Positions 17,419-26,899 of a DNA stretch of 64,000 nt are shown here, in pieces (position 1 is the first letter of the stretch; each line of letters starts with the position of its first letter). The notes under the pieces are model-generated. The model saw only the letters and a list, made by a program, of their open reading frames with translations, made no database searches and was not told the DNA's origin. Position numbers and translations under genes: made by a program. The DNA is from Candidatus Azotimanducaceae bacterium (GTDB lineage: Bacteria; Pseudomonadota; Gammaproteobacteria; Pseudomonadales; Azotimanducaceae), in the NCBI GenBank assembly GCA_045560765.1, contig JBJKZD010000013.1:77559-141558 (forward strand). The letters run 5' to 3'.

Positions 17419-18939
17419 ATGAAGCCTAGCCTTTACCCTGCGGACCATCCCGCCATTGTCATGGCAGGCACCCAGCAGACTCTGAGTTTTGGCGAGCTTG
17501 AAACCTTTTCAAATCAGTTCGCCCACTTGATGCGGAGCCTAGGTCTAAAATCAGGCGATGGGATCGCCCTCTGCCTAGAAAATCATCCGTATTTTCTGCC
17601 TGTTTGCTGGGGCGCACAGCGCGCTGGGCTTTATTTTACGGCAATCAGCTATCGCCTGTCGGCGAGCGAAGTCCAATATATCGTGAATGATTGTGGCGCA
17701 AAGGTGCTGATCACTTCGGCGCATCTTGAAACGACCTTCAATGCGCTGCTGCCTACCCTAAATCCCCGGCCAGTGTGTTTCATGCTTGATTGCGAGCACC
17801 CCGACGCCGGTCTACTCGGTGATGCCCTGGCTGACCAACCCAGCACACCGATTGAAGACGAAGCCTACGGGCAAAGCCTGCTCTATAGCAGTGGTACAAC
17901 CGGACGTCCAAAGGGCGTCAAGAAACCTCTATCACAAGAGCCATTTGGTGATGAGACCGCTGTATTTAAAGCAGCCCGAATGCGCTACCACTTTGACACC
18001 GAAACCCGTTATCTGTCCCCGGCACCCCTCTACCATGCTGCGCCGCTTGGATTCACCATGAATGTGTTGCGCTACGGTGGCACCGTTGTCGTCATGCCAA
18101 CCTTTGACCCAGAGACAGCGCTGAGTCTGCTCGAAACGTATCAAATCACCCACGCGCAATGGGTACCGACGATGTTCGTCAGACTGCTTAAGCTGGATCC
18201 ATCGATCCGACAAGCCTACCATTTCCCTTCACTGAAATACGCGATCCACGCCGCAGCGCCCTGTCCCATCAGCATCAAAGAGCAAATGATAGACTGGTGG
18301 GGCAATATCATCTTTGAATACTATGCTGGCACTGAGGGCAACGGATCAACCTTCATCACCTCCGAGGAATGGCTAGCGCATCGAGGGTCCGTCGGAAGGC
18401 CTGCCAACGACTGCAAAGTCCATATCCTTGATGATGCAGGTCAACCATTACCCGCCTTTGAGCATGGCGGCGTCTACTTTGAGGGCGGCGGTCGTTTTGA
18501 ATATCTCAATGATCCTGACAAAACCGCTGAATCGCAATCAGTGCAGGGCTTTTCGACTTTGGGGGATATTGGCTACCTGGACGATGAGGGCTATCTTTAT
18601 CTCACCGATCGCAAGTCATTTATGATTATCTCTGGAGGCGTCAACATCTACCCCCAGGAAGCCGAAAACATCCTAATCACCCACCCCAAGGTTGCCGATG
18701 TTGCTGTCTTTGGGATCCCAAACGAGGAGTTCGGAGAAGAGGTCAAAGCCGTCGTTCAGCCCGTTGATATCGAACAATCAGGTCCAACCCTTGAGGCCGA
18801 ACTGATCGCTTACGCGCGTTCAAACATTGCGCACCTGAAGTGCCCCAAGAGCATCGACTTTCTAGAGGAATTACCTCGGCATCCCACAGGGAAACTGTAT
18901 AAGCGATTACTCAAAGACACCTACTGGCAGAAAAACTAA
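17419..18939 (+). CDS. AMP-dependent acyl-CoA synthetase/ligase
   Basis: LYSSGTTGRPKGV AMP-binding motif, YAGTEG, GDIGYLDDEGYLYLTDRK, and C-terminal PRHPTGKLYKR. Confidence 0.9.
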   Translation: MKPSLYPADHPAIVMAGTQQTLSFGELETFSNQFAHLMRSLGLKSGDGIALCLENHPYFLPVCWGAQRAGLYFTAISYRLSASEVQYIVNDCGAKVLITSAHLETTFNALLPTLNPRPVCFMLDCEHPDAGLLGDALADQPSTPIEDEAYGQSLLYSSGTTGRPKGVKKPLSQEPFGDETAVFKAARMRYHFDTETRYLSPAPLYHAAPLGFTMNVLRYGGTVVVMPTFDPETALSLLETYQITHAQWVPTMFVRLLKLDPSIRQAYHFPSLKYAIHAAAPCPISIKEQMIDWWGNIIFEYYAGTEGNGSTFITSEEWLAHRGSVGRPANDCKVHILDDAGQPLPAFEHGGVYFEGGGRFEYLNDPDKTAESQSVQGFSTLGDIGYLDDEGYLYLTDRKSFMIISGGVNIYPQEAENILITHPKVADVAVFGIPNEEFGEEVKAVVQPVDIEQSGPTLEAELIAYARSNIAHLKCPKSIDFLEELPRHPTGKLYKRLLKDTYWQKN

Positions 18940-20135
18940 TGGCCCAAGCATTCGAAGGCATCCGAATTATAGATTTCACCCAAGTTTTCGCCGGCCCTTA
19001 TGCCGTGATGCAATTGGCCTTGCTGGGTGCAGAGGTCATAAAGATTGAGCAACCCGGTACTGGTGATCAAACCCGCGGGTTGATGAACGCGAGCGACGAT
19101 TTATCTCTTTCACCCTCTTTTTTAACCATGAACGTCAATAAGCGCAGTCTTACCCTGAACTTAAAGACCCCCGAGGGGATTGATATTGTTAAACAACTGG
19201 TCGCCTCAGCCGACGTCGTGGTCGAGAATTTTAAAGCAGGCACGATGAACCGAATGGGGCTGGGCTGGGCTGCACTCAAAGCGCTCAAACCCGATCTCAT
19301 TTATTGCGCGATTTCTGGTTACGGACAAACCGGACCGAAAGCCGGCGAGGCCGCTTATGATGGTGCGATTCAAGCCGCATCCGGGATGATGTCCCAGAAC
19401 GGCCACCCCAGCACAGGTCCGACTCGCACGGGCTATATGCCGGTGGATATGAGCACGGCTTTAAACAGCGCGTTCTCGATCTCAGCGGCCTTGTATAGAC
19501 GCAGTGTAACTGGCGCCGGTCAGTTCATTGATATGTCGATGCTGGATACGGCCATGGTCTTGCAAGCCGCTCAGCTCAGCAACTACCTGAATCAAAATCA
19601 ACTCAATCCGCTCCAAGGAAATGCGTCGCCAACGAAACAGCCTACGGCAAACGTCTTTCCAACAGCCGACGGCTTTATTCAGATCACGGCGCTTCGGCAA
19701 AATCAAGTTAAACAGCTGTTTACGGCACTGTCCTGCGAGTCATTGCTCGACGACCCTCGGTTTGCCTCGCCAAAGCAACGTGCAGAGCATCCAGCCCCGA
19801 TTTCTGCCGCTCTCGCAGAGAAACTCAAGACCCAAACCACAGCACACTGGATGCAGATTCTACCCAAAAGCGGTGTGCCGACCGCGGAAGTGAGGGCTTT
19901 ACCCGAGGTGCTGGAAGACCCTCAGCTGGCTTATCGAGGAGTCATTGAATCCGTCTCCACCGGCAGCGAGGCGCCTCCCTCACAGGTCGTTAAGGCAGGT
20001 TACATGACCGATCAAGATGGCCCACTTGTCCGAAGCCCGTCGCCAAACCTAGGCGAGCATACAGAGGCAATTCTCAAAGACCTTGGATTGACCCCCGCTG
20101 GGATTTCTGACCTGAGAAACCGCGGGGTCATCTAG
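18939..20135 (+). CDS. Family III CoA-transferase (CaiB/BaiF)
   Basis: GIRIIDFTQVFAGPYA...LGAEVIKIE...VVENFKAGTM motifs. The start overlaps the upstream stop (TAATG). Confidence 0.88.
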   Translation: MAQAFEGIRIIDFTQVFAGPYAVMQLALLGAEVIKIEQPGTGDQTRGLMNASDDLSLSPSFLTMNVNKRSLTLNLKTPEGIDIVKQLVASADVVVENFKAGTMNRMGLGWAALKALKPDLIYCAISGYGQTGPKAGEAAYDGAIQAASGMMSQNGHPSTGPTRTGYMPVDMSTALNSAFSISAALYRRSVTGAGQFIDMSMLDTAMVLQAAQLSNYLNQNQLNPLQGNASPTKQPTANVFPTADGFIQITALRQNQVKQLFTALSCESLLDDPRFASPKQRAEHPAPISAALAEKLKTQTTAHWMQILPKSGVPTAEVRALPEVLEDPQLAYRGVIESVSTGSEAPPSQVVKAGYMTDQDGPLVRSPSPNLGEHTEAILKDLGLTPAGISDLRNRGVI

Positions 20136-20343
20136 AAAACGCGCCTAAAGCCCTCGCGCTGACGAATTGGCTTCTTGATGGACTTGTTTTTTGGTGACGC
20201 GCTCCACCTAGCCTGATTGCACCCGACTCGCAGCCCAGGTCTTCATTGCACATGGCCTTCTAGAGACGACGCCTAGGTTGGCAGTTTCGATAACAATCAA
20301 CTCTAAAAGCAAGGGCGATAGCATCATCGATCCACGGAGGGAC

Positions 20344-20748
20344 CTAATCGTCTGCGAACAAATCTTTGAGCTGCTGTTCGGCTTGGCTTATCGCTTTAGA
20401 ATCTGAACGATCATCTCTGGCACCCGTCCCCTCAAACAGCGCATCAAGGGTCGATAGGGCCGCAACATTTCGGCCCCGCTGATCATCCCCCGACCCCCTC
20501 ATGCTAAAGACTGGAGCAAAAAACTCGCAGAAATTAGCCACGCCTTTCTCGAGGGGTGGATCCGCGCGATCCTCACCGCACCGATGGGTTGCACTTTCAT
20601 CAAATTGAAGGCACAAATAGCAACACCGGAGGGGCTCAAAGCACACCTGACAAGTTGCCTGCCGGGACAAAGGCAAAGGCTCATCAAGGAGCTCACTGCG
20701 GCATTGCCAGCATTTTAAAACCGCAGTTTGCGCATCGTCGCTCAACAT
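20344..20748 (-). CDS. Cys-rich (zinc-ribbon-like) hypothetical protein with acidic disordered tail
   Basis: CWQC-x16-CQVC-x5-CCYLC-x10-C...C pattern, then a Gly/Asp/Arg-rich C-terminus. It lies 9 nt downstream of the DUF169 gene on the same strand. Confidence 0.55.
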   Translation of the reverse strand: MLSDDAQTAVLKCWQCRSELLDEPLPLSRQATCQVCFEPLRCCYLCLQFDESATHRCGEDRADPPLEKGVANFCEFFAPVFSMRGSGDDQRGRNVAALSTLDALFEGTGARDDRSDSKAISQAEQQLKDLFADD

Positions 20749-20757
20749 CAGCGGTGG

Positions 20758-21567
20758 CTATCCATAACTGATCCCCATTCCGGCACGAACATCATTGTTC
20801 ACCCCATATTGCGCGATGGGGTATCTGAGGCCATTCGACGATAACGCCTCAAGTCCTGCGATCACCTTCGGCAAAAATCTCGGTGGGATGGCCATTAGCA
20901 ATTCGTCCTCCATCACCCCTCCATACCGGCGTTCTGCAAAGCAGGGAATCGACAAACTGGGTTCTCCGGTTTTGAGCGCCCGGCCCCAGGAGTCTGCACA
21001 CGCGGATTCGCCAACGCACCCCCAATCAAGCTTGCGATAGCCCGTCCACTGCAGGCCATTAATAAACAGAATCATTTGCGCGGGGGTCGCATAGATTAAA
21101 CAGATGTCAGGGGGATCCAATCGACCCGAAGCCAACGGCGACACGGCCATCGCCTCGAACTGCCCGAAAGCCACGACATCCATACTGGCCTGATGTCGTG
21201 CCGCTTCTTCTTGATTCTGAAACCAGACTCCCGCCATCCGATCACCTGATAGCCATTGCTCATCGGCAGGATGAAGTCCTAAGACTGTTCCGCACTGCGC
21301 ACCCACTAAATCGTCCATGGTAATCCCGACCGTCCAGCCATTTCGGCTGGCCTGACCAACGATCTGATCCGTCGTATGAATCTCCTTAGGGCGTCTAATT
21401 CTCGGGATTGCCTCCATATCGGCCCGGGTTTTAAACATTTTCATGCCGATGGGCGTTGTCCGCAGACGCAGCAACCGGTTGAGGTCATTGACAAGAGTTG
21501 GGCCATCGAAACCTGTTAGGTCGGTGGCAATGGTTGGATCACTGTTGATGCTGGACGGGTCGCTCAT
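20758..21567 (-). CDS. DUF169 (COG2043)-like protein
   Basis: LLRLRTTPIGMKMFK...IRRPK..HTTDQIVGQASRNGWTVG...GAQCG resembles the DUF169 layout. Start chosen at MSDPSS, preceded by GAAGGAG. The track ORF extends 26 codons further into rpoH. Confidence 0.55.
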   Translation of the reverse strand: MSDPSSINSDPTIATDLTGFDGPTLVNDLNRLLRLRTTPIGMKMFKTRADMEAIPRIRRPKEIHTTDQIVGQASRNGWTVGITMDDLVGAQCGTVLGLHPADEQWLSGDRMAGVWFQNQEEAARHQASMDVVAFGQFEAMAVSPLASGRLDPPDICLIYATPAQMILFINGLQWTGYRKLDWGCVGESACADSWGRALKTGEPSLSIPCFAERRYGGVMEDELLMAIPPRFLPKVIAGLEALSSNGLRYPIAQYGVNNDVRAGMGISYG

Positions 21568-21629
21568 CGGTCGATGCTCCTTCGAGGGAACGCCTACGAT
21601 ACCGTGACTCGAGCGACAAGGAAACGTGT

Positions 21630-22487
21630 TTAGCCCGCTACCCATCCTTGGAGCTTTTTGAGGGCTTGAGCCTCCAACTGGCGCACCCGTTCGATCGAAA
21701 TCCCAAACTCTGCCGCGAGGGTTTTGAGTGCTATTTTGTCGTCGGTGAGCCAGCGGCTTCGAACAATCTGAAGGCTTCTGGTATCGAGGGTGCCAAGCGC
21801 CTCATTCAGTTGCTCGCTTCGAACAAGCTGCTCCTGAGCCTGCTCGACCAGCTCCGAGGGTCCTGCGGATTCGTGTTGAAGGTAATGCTCCGGAGCGCTG
21901 ACATCCTCATCGTCTCGCTGATCAAACCCAGGATCGCGCGCCCGCATTCTTTGGTCCATCTCGATGACATCCGTTTCTGCAACCTCGAGCAGCTGAGCAA
22001 TTCTTGCGGCTTCCTGGCCATCAATCTGCCCTTCAACGCGCTTATTCTTGCGAAGATTGAAGAACAGTTTTCGCTGGGCTTTGGTGGTAGCGACTTTGAC
22101 CAACTTCCAATTCTTCAATATGTACTCATGGATTTCAGCTTTGATCCAATGCACCGCAAAAGTGATTAATCGAAGCTTTCGACCTGGCTCAAACTTTTTG
22201 ACGGACTGCATTAATCCCAGATTACCTTGTTGGATCAAATCTTCCAGCGGCAACCCGTACCCCACATAACCCCGCGCAATGTAAACAACATAGCGCAAAT
22301 GGGCGAGCACCAGCCTTCGAGCGGCATCCAGATCTTGCTGGTTATGAAACTGCTCGAACAACGCCGCTTCTTCTATCCTCGTAAGTTTGGGGATCTCATG
22401 CACGGCATTTAGATAACTGTGGAGCGATTGCCCACTTAAAACGGGTAAAGATGAAAACTTTCTGTTTTCGCTTGCCATTGTAGTCAT
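21630..22487 (-). CDS. rpoH: RNA polymerase sigma-32 (heat-shock sigma factor)
   Basis: RpoH box KAQRKLFFNLRKNK plus sigma-70 regions 2 and 4 (DLIQQGNLGLMQSVKKF; LAAEFGISIERVRQLE). Start at ATG 22487, preceded by GAAGGAGG. Confidence 0.93.
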   Translation of the reverse strand: MTTMASENRKFSSLPVLSGQSLHSYLNAVHEIPKLTRIEEAALFEQFHNQQDLDAARRLVLAHLRYVVYIARGYVGYGLPLEDLIQQGNLGLMQSVKKFEPGRKLRLITFAVHWIKAEIHEYILKNWKLVKVATTKAQRKLFFNLRKNKRVEGQIDGQEAARIAQLLEVAETDVIEMDQRMRARDPGFDQRDDEDVSAPEHYLQHESAGPSELVEQAQEQLVRSEQLNEALGTLDTRSLQIVRSRWLTDDKIALKTLAAEFGISIERVRQLEAQALKKLQGWVAG

Positions 22488-22702
22488 CGTCCCTCCTTCT
22501 CTTGTCTTCTGCTCCCTACCCCTCTTAAATAAGGGTTGCCGCCCCCGTTTCAAGGGCTGGAGGCCAAATAAACGCATCTTTGTTTGACCCAACCTGTAGG
22601 ATTATAACTCATTGATTAATAGATATTTTTAAAATAAAGGCTTTATGAGTAAAGGTAAAATTATTCAAACTCTCAAAATACAGTCATTTAGATAGGAATT
22701 AT

Positions 22703-23206
22703 ATGGTTGACCGCATATCAGAAATCGATTGGCAGCAATGGCAACCCGAATTGGTGACAACCCTCATGTTTGTTAAAAGCGCCGGGGAAGTTCTTCTCAT
22801 CAAGAAAAAAACAGGGATCGGTGCAGGCAAAATCAATGGCCCGGGCGGCAAGATTGAAGCGTTGGAGACACCATTAGAATGTGCGGTCAGAGAGACTTCT
22901 GAGGAACTCGGTATTGAGGTTATTGATCCTGAACCTATGGCAGAGTTATTTTTTCATGCGATCGAAATGCCAAGGATCAAGGCCTTCGTTTACGTGAGCG
23001 AGCACTTTACAGGCATTCCCCGAGAGACCCGGGAGGCTCGGCCCATTTGGTATCCCTTGCAGCAGCTGCCCTTAGATGCCATGTGGGAGGACGATCGCTA
23101 TTGGCTACCCCAAATACTCGCGGGACAACCTCTGACCGGCTGGTTTAGCTTTAAAGGCGAGCACTTGATCGATCACACCATCGAAACGGGTCCGGTCAGT
23201 TTTTGA
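22703..23206 (+). CDS. NUDIX hydrolase (MutT-like)
   Basis: Nudix box GPGGKIEALETPLECAVRETSEELGI (Gx5Ex7REUxEExGU). Confidence 0.85.
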   Translation: MVDRISEIDWQQWQPELVTTLMFVKSAGEVLLIKKKTGIGAGKINGPGGKIEALETPLECAVRETSEELGIEVIDPEPMAELFFHAIEMPRIKAFVYVSEHFTGIPRETREARPIWYPLQQLPLDAMWEDDRYWLPQILAGQPLTGWFSFKGEHLIDHTIETGPVSF

Positions 23207-23668
23207 CCCTCAAACACAAATCATAAGACTAGATTCAATATCCGGGGTGAAAGTCATCGGCTTAAAACGTTGATTTTCTGCTCACCTCTAAGGGGCTTCT
23301 GGGCAACGCCTATTGGCGAAGATTTTCTAACAGCCAATCGATAAGCAACGGACGGCCTCAAAAGCCCAACACGAGCCGCGCGTGAAACCCCTCAACCAGA
23401 ATTCTAGCCTAGGATCCTGCGCACCGATCGGGAGATCAAGGCCCATCGCTTTAATTCTCGGCGAGTATCTCTTTGCAATCGATCACCATCAAATCGACCG
23501 GCTTTTCATAGAGATAAACGAGGGCCTTTGACTTTCGAACGTTTAGCATTCGGACCCATGACCGTTATAGGGTGATTGAGACCCTCTGGCCGGCCAATGA
23601 GGCGCAGCGCCAGTCGCTCAACCTACAGCAGCATGGGTTTTTAAACTCAGCAGGATTGGGATTTTCGC

Positions 23669-24553
23669 TCAATCCTCGACATCAGTCTGATTCAGCAAAT
23701 GATCAGCGCTCGAGATGACAAGCGCGGCGATCGCCTGGTGGCCCGCGGGCGAGGGATGAAATCCATCAGATGCCATGCCGCGCTTTGGATCCAGAGCATC
23801 GAGCGACACGTGCTCGGCGAAGGGCAAACCCGCCAAGGAGCGTTTTAAAACCAGGTCAAGCATTTGCGCCCGAATCCCCAGGACACCTCTCAAGGGCTGG
23901 GGCAAGCGATCAAATCGGTGCATCGGCGGCAACCCAAGAATGATGATCTTTACCGAACCCCGAGCGCGCAGCCGACTGACAATTTGAAAAACAGCGCTCT
24001 GCCATTGCAAGAGTGAAGTCAATCCAGTTACGTCATTGACGCCCACCGAAACAATAGCAACGTCAAGGGATGAGACGTCTTCGTGCTGGAGCACTTTAAC
24101 GATGTCCTGTGCTTTTGCACCCTGAGAACCCAGCGCGCGCCAGCGTGTCGATCGACGGCTGAACTGGGCGAGCCCGGTGCTAACCTTTGCAGTAACGCTG
24201 TCCGCAAAGGAGCATAGTCCCACCCCCTCAATGACGCTATCCCCCAGGCCCAGAATGTTCAGGGTGGAATCGGAAGTCTCGTTGCCTGACGATCCAGAGG
24301 GTAAGTCGTCGGGTGACGTCAGAATCTCTGTGCGCCTGCGAAAATACAAGCCTTGAAGCCAACATAGGGGGAGCATTGGCAAGCAAAAACCCCAAAGCAA
24401 TGCGCGCAAGAGCATCAGCGGCGTCCTGGCTTGACGCAATGGTGTCGACTCACCTTTTGCATTTCTGGGAAATCCCCTTCGAAGCAGGCTGCGCTGTCTG
24501 CAGCCCTTATCAGTCATTGGCGCAATGCGATACTGCCGCAGGGCACTCGCCAA
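23669..24553 (-). CDS. SGNH/GDSL-family hydrolase with N-terminal membrane anchor
   Basis: ILGLGDSVIEGVG (GDS block I), GVND block III, C-terminal DGFHPS block V. The true start is probably internal (for example the M preceding LLRALLWGFCLPMLPL). Confidence 0.75.
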   Translation of the reverse strand: MASALRQYRIAPMTDKGCRQRSLLRRGFPRNAKGESTPLRQARTPLMLLRALLWGFCLPMLPLCWLQGLYFRRRTEILTSPDDLPSGSSGNETSDSTLNILGLGDSVIEGVGLCSFADSVTAKVSTGLAQFSRRSTRWRALGSQGAKAQDIVKVLQHEDVSSLDVAIVSVGVNDVTGLTSLLQWQSAVFQIVSRLRARGSVKIIILGLPPMHRFDRLPQPLRGVLGIRAQMLDLVLKRSLAGLPFAEHVSLDALDPKRGMASDGFHPSPAGHQAIAALVISSADHLLNQTDVED

Positions 24554-24639
24554 GAATTATGATCGATTCATTGACTTGTGCCCAGCGAAGCAGATAGTCT
24601 TTTCACGCTTCATTCAAACAGGTGTTTTGATCGTCTAAC

Positions 24640-24812
24640 GCACGATGATCAGAATGAAACGGGAAACCGGTGAGATCCGATGGATCCATTCCGGTGCTGC
24701 CCCCGCAACGGTAAGCGAGGTGTTCTGCTTTTTACCACTGTGTGAAATTCGCATGGGAAGGTTGCAGAACAACCGTGACAACACGACGCTCGCAAGCCCG
24801 GAGACCGGCCTG
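24640..24812 (+). promoter_or_regulatory. Cobalamin (B12) riboswitch
   Basis: AAACGGGAAACCGGTGAGATCCG...CCGGTGCTGCCCCCGCAACGGTAAGC...CCACTGTG...GGGAAGG...AAGCCCGGAGACCGGCC, with the B12 box at 24794-24810. It lies about 95 nt upstream of the receptor gene. Confidence 0.88.
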
Positions 24813-24907
24813 ATATCAATGAACGATGAACTGCGGCGGGCGGTTTCAGCGATGATCCTTTCCCTGCTTGCTCAACTTACCTCCAATTGCTCGGTGGGAG
24901 CAGGAGT

Positions 24908-26863
24908 ATGCACCTCATGTTTTCAGCACTTTACATCGCTTCTTATTTTCAGCGCCAACAACCGTTAACCCTCCGAAAATCACACATCCTTTGCCTCGTT
25001 GCTTTGACGCTACTGTCATCGACTTGGCATCAAACCAATGCCGATCCGATTGAAGAACGGATGACAATTACAGCCTCCCGAGTTCCTACCGATCAAATGA
25101 GGACTGGCAACGGGATTGCGATCATCACAAGAGAGCAAATCTTAAGACAAAACCCAGCCTCCCTTGGGGACCTCCTCCAAGGACTTCCTGGCGTGAGCGT
25201 AAGCCAGCAGAGTGGTCAAGGCGGCCTCACTCAAGTAAGAATGCGCGGACGAGAGGCGAACCATGTTTTAGTGCTCGTCGATGGCATCGAAGCCAACGAT
25301 ATCAGCCAGGGCAGTGAATTCAATTTCAGTCAATTCCCAGTGCACCATATTGATCGTATCGAAGTTGTCTATGGCGCCGAGAGCGCGCTTTGGGGCAGCG
25401 ATGCCGTGGCTGGTGTTATTCATATCATGACCCGATCGCTTTACGCTGAACCCAGTACTGATCTCTCACTCAGTCAGGGCGGGCAAGGCAGCCAACACAT
25501 TAATCTCTCCGCCTCTTCTAATCTTGGCCCCATGCGCTGGGCAGGTGGTGTAAGTTTTTGGGAAACCGAAGGCTTCAATGTATCTCGTCAGGGCGATGAA
25601 CGGGATGGTGCTGATCAAAAAGCGCTCTTTCTACGAGCAACGAGTGCTCTGACAAAAAACTGGCAATGGTCCGCAGCGATAAGGTCCCAGAAGAATCGCA
25701 ATGATTTCGATGATGTTGATTATTACGCCACAGGACTACCGATCGATGCCAATTTCGAAACGTATCACCAGCAATGGCTCGGCGGCTTCACTTTAGAATC
25801 GGTTGATCAACTCATCGCCCAGAAACTCACGGTGAATTACAATCGGGATAAAAATATCAACCAGACGTATCCAGGGTCACAAACCCTCGCGGATGGCAAT
25901 AAACGACAGATCAATTATCAAATCAGCCGTCAACAACAAGGTCAGACCCTCATCGGTTTCATCGAGCATGAGCGCAATCACTTCACCCAGGCGGGCCTTG
26001 CGACGATTTACGGCGACCCGAATCAATCGCAATCCGTCTCGCAACTGGCTCTTGGAGGTGAATACCGCTTGGACACTCCTGACTGGACTGCAGGCATCAG
26101 TGTTCGTCTAGAAGATAATTCGGATTTTGAACAAGGATATAGCGCCCGGGGCAGCGCCGCTTATTTTCTAAGCGACCGAACGAAAATGCGCGCTGCGCTC
26201 GGAAGATCCGTCAAAAATCCAACCTTCACCGAACGATTTGGTTACTTTACCAACTTTGTCGGTAACCCCGATTTGATCCCCGAAGTCAGTTTAGAGTTGG
26301 ACATCGGCATTCGGCACCAATTTTCCAAAGCCCCTGTCACCGTTAATCTCTCCGCTTACACCGCTCGCCTCGATGACGAAATCAACGGGTTTGTTTTTGA
26401 CTCGGCGACGTTTTTGTACACCGCCCAAAATGAAGCCAAGGTGAGCAAGCAACAGGGTTTTGACGTCAATCTCGATTGGCGGATTCATTCCTCAATGACA
26501 CTGACAGCCTATTATGGACGGCTCACTGCCAGAGACGGCTTGTCTCAGATCGAACTTAGGCGTCCTCGCCACAAAGCAGGCATGGCCATCAGCTTCTACA
26601 GTGATCGTTGGTCTTCCCGTCTCGCTGCAGACTACACCGGCTCGTTGTTAGACAATTTTTTCCCGCCAACGCCGCCTTACTCAGAGATTGTAGAGCTAGA
26701 TGAACATACTTTGGTATCGTTGAGCAGTCGGTTCAATGTTAGTGAAAAACTAGCCCTTCAACTGAACATCGATAACCTGTTTGATGAACGTTTTGAATCC
26801 GTGTACGGTTACCGCCAGTCGGGAAGACTGACAAGGGTTGGTTTAAATTTTAGGTTCAACTAA
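24908..26863 (+). CDS. btuB: TonB-dependent vitamin B12 (cobalamin) outer-membrane receptor
   Basis: A cobalamin riboswitch lies upstream. Plug-domain motifs (DLLQGLPGVSVSQQSGQGGLTQVRMRGREANHVLVLVDGI) and a C-terminal ...GLNFRFN. Start at ATG 24908, preceded by AGGAG. Confidence 0.85.
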   Translation: MHLMFSALYIASYFQRQQPLTLRKSHILCLVALTLLSSTWHQTNADPIEERMTITASRVPTDQMRTGNGIAIITREQILRQNPASLGDLLQGLPGVSVSQQSGQGGLTQVRMRGREANHVLVLVDGIEANDISQGSEFNFSQFPVHHIDRIEVVYGAESALWGSDAVAGVIHIMTRSLYAEPSTDLSLSQGGQGSQHINLSASSNLGPMRWAGGVSFWETEGFNVSRQGDERDGADQKALFLRATSALTKNWQWSAAIRSQKNRNDFDDVDYYATGLPIDANFETYHQQWLGGFTLESVDQLIAQKLTVNYNRDKNINQTYPGSQTLADGNKRQINYQISRQQQGQTLIGFIEHERNHFTQAGLATIYGDPNQSQSVSQLALGGEYRLDTPDWTAGISVRLEDNSDFEQGYSARGSAAYFLSDRTKMRAALGRSVKNPTFTERFGYFTNFVGNPDLIPEVSLELDIGIRHQFSKAPVTVNLSAYTARLDDEINGFVFDSATFLYTAQNEAKVSKQQGFDVNLDWRIHSSMTLTAYYGRLTARDGLSQIELRRPRHKAGMAISFYSDRWSSRLAADYTGSLLDNFFPPTPPYSEIVELDEHTLVSLSSRFNVSEKLALQLNIDNLFDERFESVYGYRQSGRLTRVGLNFRFN

Positions 26864-26899
26864 AACCTTGTATTCATTTTACGCTCTGAGGATTTCACC

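Noticed and set aside
20746-20760. In-frame continuity between the DUF169 ORF and the Cys-rich ORF (possible stop-codon read-through, as seen for the OsmC pair)
   Set aside because: The intervening stop is TAG, not TGA, and three sense codons and a proper ATG follow. The two products are distinct domains rather than halves of one fold. I treat them as separate genes.
23440-23530. Fragment reading ...LILGEYLFAIDHHQIDRLFIEINEGL in the 462-bp convergent spacer, first read as a hemerythrin-like remnant
   Set aside because: It has no start codon and the frame closes immediately. On closer inspection the His spacing does not fit the hemerythrin ID-x-x-H-x-x-L motif. The evidence is insufficient even for a pseudogene call.
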